A stretch of 64,000 nt of DNA from Macrostomum hystrix (GCA_950097015.1 CATNEN010000025.1:7874001-7938000); one strand, 5' to 3'; positions 47,606 to 59,807 are shown, counted from the stretch's first letter. The notes: generated from the sequence alone by a model not told the origin. Program-made: numbers and translations.

Positions 47606-48255
47606 TGTTCTATCCACTGTTCTATCCACTGTTCTATCCACTGTTCTATCCACTGTTCTATCCTCTGTTCTATCCACTGTTCTATCCACTGTTCTATCCA
47701 CTGTTCTATCCACTGTTCTATCCACTGTTCTATCCACTGTTCTATCCACTGTTCTATCCTCTGTTCTATCCACTGTTCTATCCACTGTTCTATCCACTGT
47801 TCTATCCACTGTTCTATCCACTGTTCTATCCTCTGTTCTATCCACTGTTCTATCCACTGTTCTATCCACTGTTCTATCCACTGTTCTATCCACTGTTCTA
47901 TCCACTGTTCTATCCACTGTTCTATACACTGTTCTATCCACTGTTCTATCCACTGTTCTATCCACTGTTCTATCCACTGTTCTATACACTGTTCTATCCA
48001 CTGTTCTATCCACTGTTCTATCCACTGTTCTATCCACTGTTCTATCCACTGTTCTATCCACTGTTCTATCCACTGTTCTATCCACTGTTCTATCCACTGT
48101 TCTATCCACTGTTCTATCCACTGTTCTATCCACTGTTCTATCCACTGTTCTATCCACTGTTCTATCCACTGTTCTATCCACTGTTCTATCCACTGTTCTA
48201 TCCACTGTTCTATCCACTGTTCTTATCCACTGTTCTATCCACTGTTCTATCCTCA
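47606..48255. repeat. 12-bp satellite (CTGTTCTATCCA)n
   Basis: Near-perfect tandem. Confidence 0.97.
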
Positions 48256-48691
48256 TTCTATTCTATACGAGTACATTACCCATAGTGCTGATGCCTTATC
48301 TAGACTAACGGAATTATCTGCTTTGAAATTGTGCATTCATATCTTTGTGGATCTGCCTATTCAACCGGAATTGGGAGATTAGAGTCGGGATCATTGCAGC
48401 GGTGAATAAAATTATTTATTTCCCTGTCTCATAAATTCCGGCGAAAAAAGTAGCCAAATTTGGCCGAGAGATCTACGATGAAATCTACGTGAGCTAGATA
48501 CGGGGCCGTATTATCTTCTCAACCTTTCTTGGCTTTGAGCATTCGGAAATCGCGAGCTATACTGCATTCGGCATTCGGCATTAATTGAGCATTTTTGTTT
48601 TGACATTTTGCACTAGCTGAGAAGCTGAGACGCGGTATGTACTTTTTAGATTTTGTGAAAAGGGAGATCGGGAAGGAAAAGACAAAGGGAA

Positions 48692-49172
48692 AAAGAAGAA
48701 GAAGAAGTGGAAGAAGAAGAAGTGGAAGAAGAAGAAGGGGAAGAAGAAGAAGTGGAAGAAGAAGAAGTGGAAGAAGAAGAAGTGAAAGAAGAAGAAGTGC
48801 AAGAAGAAGAAGTGCAAGAAGAAGAAGTGCAAGAAGAAGAAGTGGAAGAAGAAGAAGTGCAAGAAGAAGAAGTGGAAGAAGAAGAAGTAGAAGAAGAAGA
48901 AGTGGAAGAAGAAGAAGTGCAAGAAGAAGAAGGGGAAGAAGAAGAAGTGCAAGAAGAAGAAGTGGAAGAAGAAGAAGTGGAAGAAGAAGAAGTGGAAGAA
49001 GAAGAAGTGAAAGAAGAAGAAGGGGAAGAAGAAGAAGTGGAAGAAGAAGAAGTGGAAGAAGAAGAAGTGGAAGAAGAAGAAGTGAAAGAAGAAGAAGGGG
49101 AAGAAGAAGAAGTGCAAGAAGAAGAAGGGGAAGAAGAAGTGGAAGAAGAAGAAGTGGAAGAAGTGGAAGAAG
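48692..49172. repeat. 15-bp repeat ((GAA)4GTG)n
   Basis: Visible tandem units. Confidence 0.95.
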
Positions 49173-50317
49173 AATACAAAGTGGTGGAAAACTCGTGTGA
49201 AAAGGTTACAGTAACAGAGAAGTAGGCAAAATACATAGGCAAAGACATAGGCAACATCAACTTCTAAAACACTAAGCGAAATCGAAACCAGTATTTAAAA
49301 TGATTGCATTTGTAAAAATGTTGATGGATGAAACATAAAAAGCTTATGAACTTATAAATCATCAACTTCATAAACATAAAAGCTTATAAAAAACAAAGAT
49401 ATTTCTAGGAGCGAGCACCACACTAGTGTATCTGTGAGCACATGTAAAACTCATGCTAATACGACAGTGACGAATTTTTTTCGGCGCAAATATGCCGTCC
49501 ATACAGTGCAGATAGTGAGCCGCATCCCGCTTTTGTATTATTAAAAAATGCATTTTTATCGCGGTTTTTGCATAGAGAGATCTGCACGAATGATGAAGTA
49601 CCCCAGCATTCCTCTCACTGCCCGATATACGAGTATTTCCCCCACGAAGTCTCCATAGTCTTCGATAGTCAGTTTTTCTATCAAAGGCAGAGCAGAGCGT
49701 TTCACAGCATGCGTCACATCTGCCCGGAGACTAGCCAATGGAAATCCCCCATTCGCTATCGCTGCCCGATTCCCCCCCCCAACAAAAACCCAACCAAACA
49801 CGGTCACTGCGCGTGCGGAAACTTATTTATAGACGGGGCGGAGTGAAGGGAAACTTAACGTTGGCGTTTGAAACGGTTCCGTCTCTTTCTCTCTGGCTGT
49901 ATCCCAGATCCCAGATCCCAGATCGTTTGACTAGTTAGTTCGATCGACCGCAAGCTATATATATAGGACGCATATCCTACACTTGGGAAAAATTCCCACT
50001 CCTCTATCTAGCTTATAAGAGGGAAAGCAGTATAGAGTTATACCGGAAATTAACTATTTATTTACTTCAGGAAAACAGGAAAACATGGGCGTCGGCTGTT
50101 TGGGCAGGTGAGAACTTTTAAAATGTGAATTAGCAGCTTCATATTCCAAATTTTCATTTCTTTAAAGAACTGTAAGCACAAATTCGCAATGAAATTGTTG
50201 CAGAGTGCCGATAATGTACATCGCGCACAAACCAGTATTGTGGACATGCTATGTTGCGAACATGCTGCTAGTTATTGTTGGTCTGACGGGTGAGTTTTCG
50301 GCATACATTTTTTTTTG

Positions 50318-51070
50318 GTTGGGAGTGAGGCGGCTGTAGGATAGAAGGGGGTTCAGATGGGTTGGGAGTGAGGCGGCTGTAGGATAGAAGGGGGTTCAGA
50401 TGGGCTGGGAGTGGGGTGGCTGTAGGATAGAAGGGGGTTCAGATGGGCTGGGAGTGGGGTGGCTGTAGGATAGAAGGGGGTTCAGATGGGCTGGGAGTGG
50501 GGTGGCTGTAGGATAGAAGGGGGTTCAGATGGGTTGGGAGTGAGGCGGCTGTAGGATAGAAGGGGGTTCAGATGGGCTGGGAGTGAGGTGGCTGTAGGAT
50601 AGAAGGGGGTTCAGATGGGTTGGGAGTGAGGCGGCTGTAGGATAGAAGGGGGTTCAGATGGGCTGGGAGTGGGGTGGCTGTAGGATAGAAGGGGGTTCAG
50701 ATGGGCTGGGAGTGGGGTGGCTGTAGGATAGAAGGGGGTTCAGATGGGCTGGGAGTGGGGTGGCTGTAGGATAGAAGGGGGTTCAGATGGGCTGGGAGTG
50801 GGGTGGCTGTAGGATAGAAGGGGGTTCAGATGGGCTGGGAGTGGGGTGGCTGTAGGATAGAAGGGGGTTCAGATGGGTTGGGAGTGAGGCGGCTGTAGGA
50901 TAGAAGGGGGTTCAGATGGGCTGGGAGTGAGGTGGCTGTAGGATAGAAGGGGGTTCAGATGGGTTGGGAGTGAGGCGGCTGTAGGATAGAAGGGGGTTCA
51001 GATGGGCTGGGAGTGGGGTGGCTGTAGGATAGAAGGGGGTTCAGATGGGCTGGGAGTGGGGTGGCTGTAG
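50318..51070. repeat. 43-bp G-rich minisatellite (GGGYTGGGAGTGRGGYGGCTGTAGGATAGAAGGGGGTTCAGAT)n
   Basis: About 17 units. Confidence 0.96.
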
Positions 51071-51779
51071 GGTAGGTTTCAGTTCAGCTGGGTGTGAAAT
51101 GGCTATATTTTGGGTTGCATTAACACTAAATTGCTTTATTAAATGTGTCTACAGTTAGGTAGTGTGCTAAAACACTTAGCGAAATCGAAACCAGTATTTA
51201 AAATCATTGTAAGTGCGAGAGTTTTCTGACCAATTGAAGTAAAATATCAGACTAAATCAAAAGCTGTCTTGTCAACCATTCCGAATTTAGTGAGCATATG
51301 TTTACTTGACTTGCGTGGAAACCATGCTGAATTGGACCGAAATTATATTAGTTACCATATCTTCCCGACTTTTCTCGTATTTACTCGGCCCAATAAAAGG
51401 CCTACTGTTGTGCAGTTGATTAATGCACGTACGAGTACATAGTTCGTACATGGGTACATGTTCTCTGATAATCGATTGGCGCAGAATATATAGTCCAATA
51501 ACTGAGAGCCAACTTGGCGTGAGAGTTTCGGCTAGCTAACTTGGCTGACTAGCTATTATTCATTTACAACACCTACTGAATCCTCAAATGACTCAGCTAG
51601 AGAGCATACATCCTGGAAAATCAAGTTTTCCCATTTTTAGAACTTTGATTTGCAACAGTGATCAAACTGCACAGGTGGCCGCGTGAAATATGACCATACT
51701 GATAAGAGGATTAGGTAACTCAGAAAATCTGTTGCATACCTGGAGCAAGGAGCTGCTGTAAAAAGTTTGGAGAAGGATA

Positions 51780-52118
51780 GGGAGTCAGGTGGCTTCTAGA
51801 ATGGGTGCGGACAGAGGCAGGAGAGAGGTGGCTGCTGGAGTGGGTGCGAAGAGAGGCAGGGAGTGAGGTGGCTGCTGAAATGGGGCAGGGAGTGAGGTGG
51901 CTGGTAGAATGGGGCAGGGAGTGAGGTGGCTGCTAGAATGGGGCAGGGAGTGATGTGGCTGCTAGAATGGGTGCGGACAGAGGCAGGAGTGAGGTGGCTG
52001 CTGGAGTGGGTGCGAAGAGAGGCAGGGAGTGAGGTGGCTGCTGAAGTGGGTGCGAAGAGAGGCAGGGAGTGAGGTGGCTGCTATAATATAATGGGGCAGG
52101 GAGTGAGGTGGCTGCCTA
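51780..52118. repeat. Degenerate (GGCAGGGAGTGAGGTGGCTGCT...)n repeat
   Basis: Recurrent GGGAGTGAGGTGGCTG core. Confidence 0.8.
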
Positions 52119-52255
52119 ATGGCAGCGAATAGAGGCAGGCAGTGCTGCTGAAAGTATGGAAATCAATTGCTTAGTTGTGATTTGCTGCTTTTTGGAGTAA
52201 GGCGAAGAAGCATTAAATGTATAAAAATAAGCTTATTGCCGCATCCTCTGTCCAG

Positions 52256-53288
52256 GCAACATCCTGTCTTTCCTAATCCTTGGCTATGACAAGTCGCGCC
52301 GCAACCAGTCGAGCGCCTTTTACCTCCGCGCCCTTGCTGTGGCCGACTGCATGTCGCTGGTGTGCAACACTCTGCTCAGCTCCCAGCAGATGATGCTGCG
52401 GCCCGCCATGGAGCTGAGCCCACTAAACCCGGTGTCGTTGTTGGTGAACTCATTCCCGGCCTGCAACATCCGCATGTTCATCTCCTATTCGTCCATCATG
52501 ATTTCCGTCTACATCATCGTACTATTCAGTAGTCGAGCGAGCCCTGGTCCTGCAGTAATCCGTTCCGCTGGTCTCGCCGGCTGACTCTGCGCAAGGCTCG
52601 CATCGCGGTGGCCACCTTGGTGGTGTCTAAGCTGCCTGCTGTCCGCGCCCGCTCTGTTCAGCTTCAACCGGCGCGTGGTCGACTACCCCAGCCGGTTGTA
52701 TCGCAACGACACCGGCGAGACTGTCTACTCAGATAAGCTGCTCAGCGGCGCCAACTGCGACAACGGCAGCCGGAACTCCGCCGGCGGACCAAAGCGTCGG
52801 CGGCAGCGTTGCCGACATCGCATTCGCCGACGAGAATGGCACGCTGCCGACGCGCAGTCACTATGGCTACGTCTACGCCGGCGAGAGCCAAGAGGACTCA
52901 GGCCAGAACAGCGGCCTCCTGTCCGAGTTTACTGCGCCGAATCAGCTCCGGTCGAACGTCAGCAGACGGCTCGGCGGGTCGCCAGTGAACATCAGCAGCC
53001 TGCTCAGCAGAGTGTCCGACAACCTCGTCGACAGCGAAGTCAGCGGTCTGCCGCCGGGCGTCCTGCTGAGCTGTAAGCCAGTCGCGGAGTGCCAAATGAA
53101 TTTCGACGTGTTCAAGCCAGTTCGCAGTGTTTCACATTGTGTCGCTGTCCATTGTGCCCTTCATTGTCACCGGAGTGTGCAACCTGATCATCCTGGCTGT
53201 GCTGCGGCGTCGAGGAGATCAGGGCGACGGTCGCCAGCTGCGAAAGGCGTCAGTGGCGCCGCAGGCAGCCGAGGAGGTCGATCGTCAG
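52256..53288 (+). CDS. Class A (rhodopsin-like) peptide-type GPCR, exon with TM1 end to TM5; five +1 frameshifts
   Basis: Acceptor TCCAG|GC. Reads GNILSFLIL...AFYLRALAVAD...(V)ERALVLQ(Y)PFRW...IVPFIVTGVCNLIILAVLRRR once single extra bases near 52531, 52557, 52626, 52788 and 53117 are removed. Donor CAG|GTAACG. Confidence 0.8.
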
Positions 53289-53359
53289 GTAACGCGCCCA
53301 ATTCTCGTACTGAGGGCTTATTAGGTCAATTTTCTGTTGTGAAAACTTAATGATTATTC

Positions 53360-53615
53360 AACGAATTGCCTTGAAAATCCAGAAAACGGGCTAAAATATT
53401 GCGATGAAAACAACTTCCAGAGTCACCAAACATTGGCGTCGTCGAGATATTCTCGACGGGGTGTCTGGTGGCAACAACCACCAATATAGGCGTAATTTTT
53501 CTGCCCGAGAAATTTCATTATGGAACCATATCAGCTTTTATATGGATTGTTCATTTATTATATTGTTAACAATTATACTCGTATTATTGAACCAATATGG
53601 ATTCGCCATTGAGGT
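53360..53615 (+). mobile_element. Unnamed dispersed repeat, copy 3
   Basis: GAAAATCCA...GCGTCGTCGAGATATTC...TGTCTGGTGGCA...TTGAACCAATATGGATTCGCCA matches the 13000 and 36135 copies. Confidence 0.65.
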
Positions 53616-54075
53616 TTGGTAGCTCTCGTGAGGTAGCTGGTTTGGTAGCTCTCGTGAGGTAGCTGGTTTGGTAGCTCTCGTGAGGTAGCTGGTTTGGTAG
53701 CTCTCGTGAGGTAGCTGGTTTGGTAGCTCTCGTGAGGTAGCTGGTTTGGTAGCTCTCGTGAGGTAGCTGGTTTGGTAGCTCTCGTGAGGTAGCTGGTTTG
53801 GTAGCTCTCGTGAGGTAGCTGGTTTGGTAGCTCTCGTGAGGTAGCTGGTTTGGTAGCTCTCGTGAGGTAGCTGGTTTGGTAGCTCTCGTGAGGTAGCTGG
53901 TTTGGTAGCTCTCGTGAGGTAGCTGGTTTGGTAGCTCTCGTGAGGTAGCTGGTTTGGTAGCTCTCGTGAGGTAGCTGGTTTGGTAGCTCTCGTGAGGTAG
54001 CTGGTTTGGTAGCTCTCGTGAGGTAGCTGGTTTGGTAGCTCTCGTGAGGTAGCTGGTTTGGTAGCTGTCGTGAGG
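53614..54075. repeat. 26-bp minisatellite (TTTGGTAGCTCTCGTGAGGTAGCTGG)n
   Basis: About 17 near-identical units in the GPCR intron. Confidence 0.97.
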
Positions 54076-54120
54076 TAGACAGTAGAATTTCTGAAATGCC
54101 ACCGTGGTCTCTCCATAGGA

Positions 54121-54180
54121 CTGCCTGACAATGAGAAAGTCAGGGCAGATGTACTCACCCTGTGTGCGTGTGTGCTCAGG
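54121..54180 (+). mobile_element. SINE family A internal fragment
   Basis: CTGCCTGACAATGAGAAAGTCAGGGCAGATGTAC...GTGTGCTCAGG. Confidence 0.7.
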
Positions 54181-54262
54181 TCTCAAGTGACTATGATCAA
54201 ACTATGTGCCGCGGTGTCCTCTGCTCTCCTGAAATAAAAATGCTTATTATTATTATTTACAG

Positions 54263-55066
54263 GTAACAAAACGCCTAATCCTAGTTTCTACAACCTACAT
54301 TGTGCTGAGCTTCCCACTGGCCTTGTTTCACATTGTCACTGACGCCATGACTGGCACCTACTGTTTCACCTGGGCTGCCAACACGCTGACCATCACCCTG
54401 ACTCTGAACTCGGTCAACTTTGCCGTCAACTTCCTGCTCTACTGCATCAGCGAGGGTCAGTTCCGGCGCCTGCTGGCAACCCTGCTGCACTGCAGGCAGC
54501 GCAACTTTGCCCGACTCCTCAGCTACGTCACCCGGCCGGGTCATCATAGGCATCGTCAGCATCCTGGTGGCAGGCCGGCTGGCGCCACCGGGAACCAGGC
54601 GCCAGGCACCGCTACGGCCACCACAGCTAACCGAGGCCAGCAAACCGCGGTAGGCACACCCGCCGGTGTCCTTTTGGTCACAACGACAACTGGCGTCGGC
54701 TCGAACAAAGAGCGACAGTTGCACAAGGATCCTGCAGAAATGCAGGGTGAGGAAGATATTCCGCAGTATCAGTCATTGCTGTCGGCGACTGTCTGCAACA
54801 CAGATTCGTCGTCTGCCACCACGGACGCTCTTGTACATCAGGAAGCGGCGGCGGTGGATAACGACAACTGTTGCGAAGAGCAATACTTCCGCGATTGCAG
54901 CCTCATCAAGGAGGACGACTGGTCCAGCGGCCAGTTCTCGGAGAGTGGCGGCGGCGGTGGCACAGTCGGCGGCAGCTTCAAGAAGTACGAAAACTCCAAG
55001 GCGGATGCCGTGGCGGTCACAGCGAAGTGGAGCGACGTCCTGCCCGAGTCACCAACTGAGGTGTGA
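54263..55066 (+). CDS. GPCR, last exon (TM6, TM7, long C-tail)
   Basis: Acceptor TTACAG|GTA. Encodes VTKRLILVSTTYIVLSFPLALF...LNSVNFAVNFLLYCISEGQFRRLL; intact frame to TGA at 55064-55066. Confidence 0.88.
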   Translation, partial: VTKRLILVSTTYIVLSFPLALFHIVTDAMTGTYCFTWAANTLTITLTLNSVNFAVNFLLYCISEGQFRRLLATLLHCRQRNFARLLSYVTRPGHHRHRQHPGGRPAGATGNQAPGTATATTANRGQQTAVGTPAGVLLVTTTTGVGSNKERQLHKDPAEMQGEEDIPQYQSLLSATVCNTDSSSATTDALVHQEAAAVDNDNCCEEQYFRDCSLIKEDDWSSGQFSESGGGGGTVGGSFKKYENSKADAVAVTAKWSDVLPESPTEV

Positions 55067-55174
55067 ATACTTCTCGACAGTCTAACCCTGCTTTCTAAAG
55101 CAACTGTTCTAAAGCAGCTTTCTAAAGTAAGACTGGATACTATTACACAGAAAAACTTTTTTTTTATTTGGGCG

Positions 55175-55905
55175 TCTCATCAAAAGATTGATAGATTAGG
55201 CGGCTCATCAAAGGACGGATAGACTGGGCGGCTCACCAAAAGATTGATAGATTAGGCGGCTCATCAAAGGACTGATAGACTGGGCGGCTCATCAAAAGAT
55301 TGATAGATTAGGCGGCTCATCAAAGGACTGATAGACTTGGCGGCTCATCAAATGATTAATAGATTAGGCGGCTCATCAAAGGACTGATAGACTGGGCGGC
55401 TCATCAAAGGATTGATAGATTAGGCGGCTCATCAAAGGACGGATAGACCGGGTGGCTCATCAAAGGATTGATAGACTAGGCGGCTCATCAAAGGATTGAT
55501 AGATTAGGCGGCTCATCAAATGATGGATAGATTAGGCGGCTCATCAAAGGACGAATAGACTGGCCGGCTCATCAAAGGATTGATAGATTAGGCGGCTCAT
55601 CAAAGGATTGATAGATTAGGCGGCTCATCAAAGGATTGATAGATTAGGCGGCTCATCAAAGGATTGATAGATTAGGCGGCTCATCAAAGGATTGATAGAT
55701 TAGGCGGCTCATCAAATGATGGATAGATTAGGCGGCTCATCAAAGGACGAATAGACTGGCCGGCTCATCAAAGGATTGATAGATTATGCGGCTCGTCAAA
55801 GGACGGATAGACCGGGCGGCTCATCAAAGGATTGATAGATTTGGCGGCTCGTCAAAGGACTGATAGACTTGGCGGCTTATCAAAGGACGGATAGATTAAG
55901 CGGTT
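55175..55905. repeat. 28-bp minisatellite (GCGGCTCATCAAAGGATTGATAGATTAG)n
   Basis: About 25 units downstream of the GPCR stop. Confidence 0.95.
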
Positions 55906-57294
55906 CATTTATTTAACTAATTGGCACTATTATAGAACTTATTTATTATTTTTCAATCTCAAATTGAATTTTTTAATTATTTAAATGTTCTGGTGTTTTT
56001 GTTTTGTTGTAACGCATTATAAAATAAACAAGCATGTTTAAATCGATGCAGCATTAAACATTAGCCTCATAAAGATGCCATTATCCTCAAACAAATATTC
56101 AGTTTCTGTGTCGCTTTTCGACCCAAAATCAATAGTCATGAAGTAATGCTGAGTTACTAATTTAAATTTTGTTTTTGATGTTGTGCACATGTTGTATCTC
56201 CCCTTCTGAGACCTATATTCCCTCATATATATTTCAATTGAATGATGACAAATTAACAGCTAACGCGATAGACAATGACAAAATTTAATTTTTTTCTGTC
56301 ACACTACTTACAGTAGAGCAAATTGCACATTGTCAGGAATTAATTATTGTGTCTGCAACAAATTTCTAAATATGAATTATATATTGTTCAAAAGACCAGC
56401 AAATTACTTGCTATACAGTAGTGAGTAGTAGATAGAAAATTATCGGTAAAATGATTTTAACAAACATGATTTCTTTTAGAAATTGCCACTGTTGACATTA
56501 ACATAATTGACAGATCCATAAAATAAAATTTATTTGCTAATCAATTTCTGATTGACTTTAAAAGCAAATTCTAATCAGCTGCCAGCTGTTGCTTAAGATT
56601 GACAGGCAATGACGAGAAAATTTCACACTTTTGATTGAAAGTCATTTCACAATTTTTGTCGAGGGAAAATTTCCCTGTCACTTTTGATTCCGCGGGATAA
56701 ATATGTACGAGTATATCATTTTTTGAGCACAGATGCCGCTTAGGAATTTTATAGGTGAGGTGATGGAGCAGTTTTGGGGTCGTTGTGGCGGCCACACTGA
56801 GTGCTTCATCAGCGACTGTCTTGATTGGATCAATGATGCCAAAACGCAGCCTTGGCTTTTTCATTTTCTGAGAGTCTGGAGTTGAAGAGCCTAGAGCTCA
56901 AAGGCAGCGTTTCGTTTGTCGTCAAGAGCTCGTGTCCCCAGCATGACGGAGTGGGGCAAGTGGCCACTCTCGGCACCAGTGTTTGCCTACCTCTTCCCTC
57001 TGATCTCGCGGCCGTGCGGGTTCAGAGAGATGCGAGTTGATGAAGGCTGAAGTAAATGGCAAACAAACACGATGAGGATGCAGCCGATGTCAACTGGTGG
57101 TGTCCACGGCGTGTGTTTGACTTGGCAATTTACGCTTTCGTTATGTTCTCTACGTTGTGGAATGCTTGGTTTAGCTAGAATGAGAGAGCATAAAATAGCA
57201 TGCATGCCGGATTCGTTATGTATAGAATTTAAGCTCGGAAAATTACGCTTGCTATTAGATAGGGATCAGGGAAGGATCAGATAGAGGCAATTAG

Positions 57295-58030
57295 AGATCG
57301 GATAGAGATCGGATAGAGATTGGATAGAGATCGAATTGAAATAGGATAGAGATCGAATTGAAATCGGATAGAGATCGAATTGAAATCGGATAGAGATCGG
57401 ATAGAGATCGGATAGAGATCGAATTGAAATCGGATAGAGATCGAATAGAGATCGGATAGAGATCGAATTGAAATCGGATAGAGATCGAATTGAAATCGGA
57501 TAGAGATCGGATAGAGATCGAATTGAAATCGGATAGAGATCGAATTGAAATCGGATAGAGATCGGATAGAGATCGAATTGAAATCGGATAGAGATCGAAT
57601 TGAAATCGGATAGAGATCGAATAGAGATCGGATAGAGATCGAATTGAAATCGGATAGAGATCGAGTTGAAATCGGATAGAGATCGAGTTGAGATCGGATA
57701 GAGATCGAATTGAAATAGGATAGAGATCGAATTGAAATCGGATAGAGATAGAATTGAAATCGGATAGAGATCGAATTGAAATCGGATAGAGATAGAATTG
57801 AAATCGGATAGAGATCGAATTGAAATCGGATAGAGATAGAATTGAAATCGGATAGATATCGGAAACAGATCGAATTTAAATCGGATAGAGATTGGATAGA
57901 GATCGGAAAGAGATCGGATAGAGATCGGATAGAGATCGAATTGAAATCGGATAGAGATCGGATAGAGATTGAATAGAGATCGGATAGAGATCGAATTGAA
58001 ATCGGATAAAAATCGGATAGAGGTCGGATA
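57295..58030. repeat. 11-bp compound satellite (ATCGGATAGAG / ATCGAATTGAA)n
   Basis: Visible tandem units. Confidence 0.95.
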
Positions 58031-58557
58031 GAGAGCTGACTGGTTCTGACAACTGAAATTCTAATATTGACAAGCTGTGTGAGAGAGGCATTGCTGAGAG
58101 GAGATCAATCAAAGCTATTTTATGGCGGCTAACAATAAGAAACGACAAAGATCTGTTTCAAACAAAATTTGACGCATGAAAATTCTCCCACAAAAGCGAC
58201 GATAATAAAGACGCTACATAAATGATGAAATTCCTTCTAGGATTGAGCACATGAGGGATCTGGGGACGGGGATTTCAGTGACCGATCGGCATCGCGTGAC
58301 TCACGTGGTTTGCTTGTCAGACCGCGCCTCGCTGTGTCTTCCTTCATCTCTTGGCCTGCACAAAAACTGGCTATTTTTTAGTGAGACAGATAAGAGAATA
58401 AACCAGAGCAGCGTATGCTGCTTTGCGGCAATTTTTTTCTGAGCAGGGCCCATACTCAAAGACTCATCCATCATGCTCTCTCGTATGCCGCTTCTAGCTG
58501 TCTAGACTAGAGGCGGAGAGTGGGGCGAAGCGCGTTTTGATAGCCGAATGATCAGGC

Positions 58558-58571
58558 GTAAGTAAGTAAGC

Positions 58572-58604
<33 letters not shown>

Positions 58605-58661
58605 GGTAAGTAAGCAAGTAAGCAAGTAAGTAAGTAAGCAAGTAAGTAAGTAAGTAAGTAG

Positions 58662-58704
<43 letters not shown>

Positions 58705-58739
58705 GGTAAGTAAGCAAGTAAGCAAGTAAGTAAGTAAGC

Positions 58740-58770
<31 letters not shown>

Positions 58771-58930
58771 AAAGCAAGTAGGTAAGTAAGCAAGTAGGTA
58801 AGAAAGCAAGTAGGTAAGTAAGCAAGTAGGTAAGTAAGCAAGTAAGTAAGCAAGTAAGTAAGTAAGTAAGCAAGCAAGTAGGTAAGTAAGCAAGCAAGTA
58901 GGTAAGTAAGCAAGCAAGTAGGTAAGTAAA
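58558..58930. repeat. (GTAA)n microsatellite
   Basis: Tetranucleotide array with GCAA and GTAG variants. Confidence 0.97.
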
Positions 58931-59279
58931 TAAGAAAACAGCTGCAACCGGTCGTGGTATCGTCTTGATTCAAGCGACCCTCATTAACCTTCAAGAGCGT
59001 CATGAATATCAAGCAGTCGTGACCTGCGCGCCACAAAAAATGTTGGACGAAGTTTGACATGCTTACAACTCAGTTGACCCTGTTTGATTTGTAAAAAGTG
59101 TTTTTCTCTGGCTGGGGGGAAATCGGGAAGGTTTTTTTAATTGATTGATTCCCGCTGTGCAGCTGAAGGTTGGGAATTCAAGCTTCCACCTGATTTTATA
59201 AGCTTTACTTCCTTCACGCCTTCCGGCTGTCCTAGTTTACTCCTGAAGTCTTTGTCTTGAGCCACTACACTTGTCACCT

Positions 59280-59807
59280 TTGTGTCTGTCTGTCTGTCTT
59301 AGGTGTCTGCCTGTCTGTCTGTCTGCCTCTCTGTCTGTGCTGGGTGTCTGTCTGTGCTGGGTGTCTGTCTGTGCTGGGTGTCTGTCTGTGCTGGGTGTCT
59401 GTCTGTGCTGGGTGTCTGTCTGTGCTGGGTGTCTGTCTGTGCTGGGTGTCTGTCTGTGCTGGGTGTCTGTCTGTGCTGGGTGTCTGTCTGTGCTGGGTGT
59501 CTGTCTGTGCTGGGTGTCTGTCTGTGCTGGGTGTCTGTCTGTCTGTCTGTCTGTCTTGGGTGTCTGTCTATCTGTCTGTGTGTCTGTCTATCTGTCTTGG
59601 GTGTCTGTCTATCTGTCTTGGGTGTCTGTCTATCTGTCTTGGGTGTCTGTCTATCTGGGTGTGTGTCTGTCTGTCTTGGGTGTCTGTCTATCTGTCTGTG
59701 TGTCTGTCTGTCTGTCTTGGGTGTCTGTCTGTCTGTCTGTCTGTCTTGGGTGTCTGTCTGTCTGTCTGTCTGTGTCTGTCTTGGGTGTCTGTCTGTCTGT
59801 CTGTCTG

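Noticed and set aside
48637-49260. Poly-Glu or protamine-like Arg-rich protein
   Set aside because: It is a ((GAA)4GTG)n repeat, with an in-frame TGA at 48656 upstream of the Glu frame and no convincing splice context. The short non-repetitive tail is insufficient evidence.
49266-51210. 45-bp direct repeat (AAAACACT.AGCGAAATCGAAACCAGTATTTAAAAT) as LTR or TSD pair
   Set aside because: Too short for an LTR, with no TG...CA ends or internal retroelement coding; probably fragments of a dispersed repeat.
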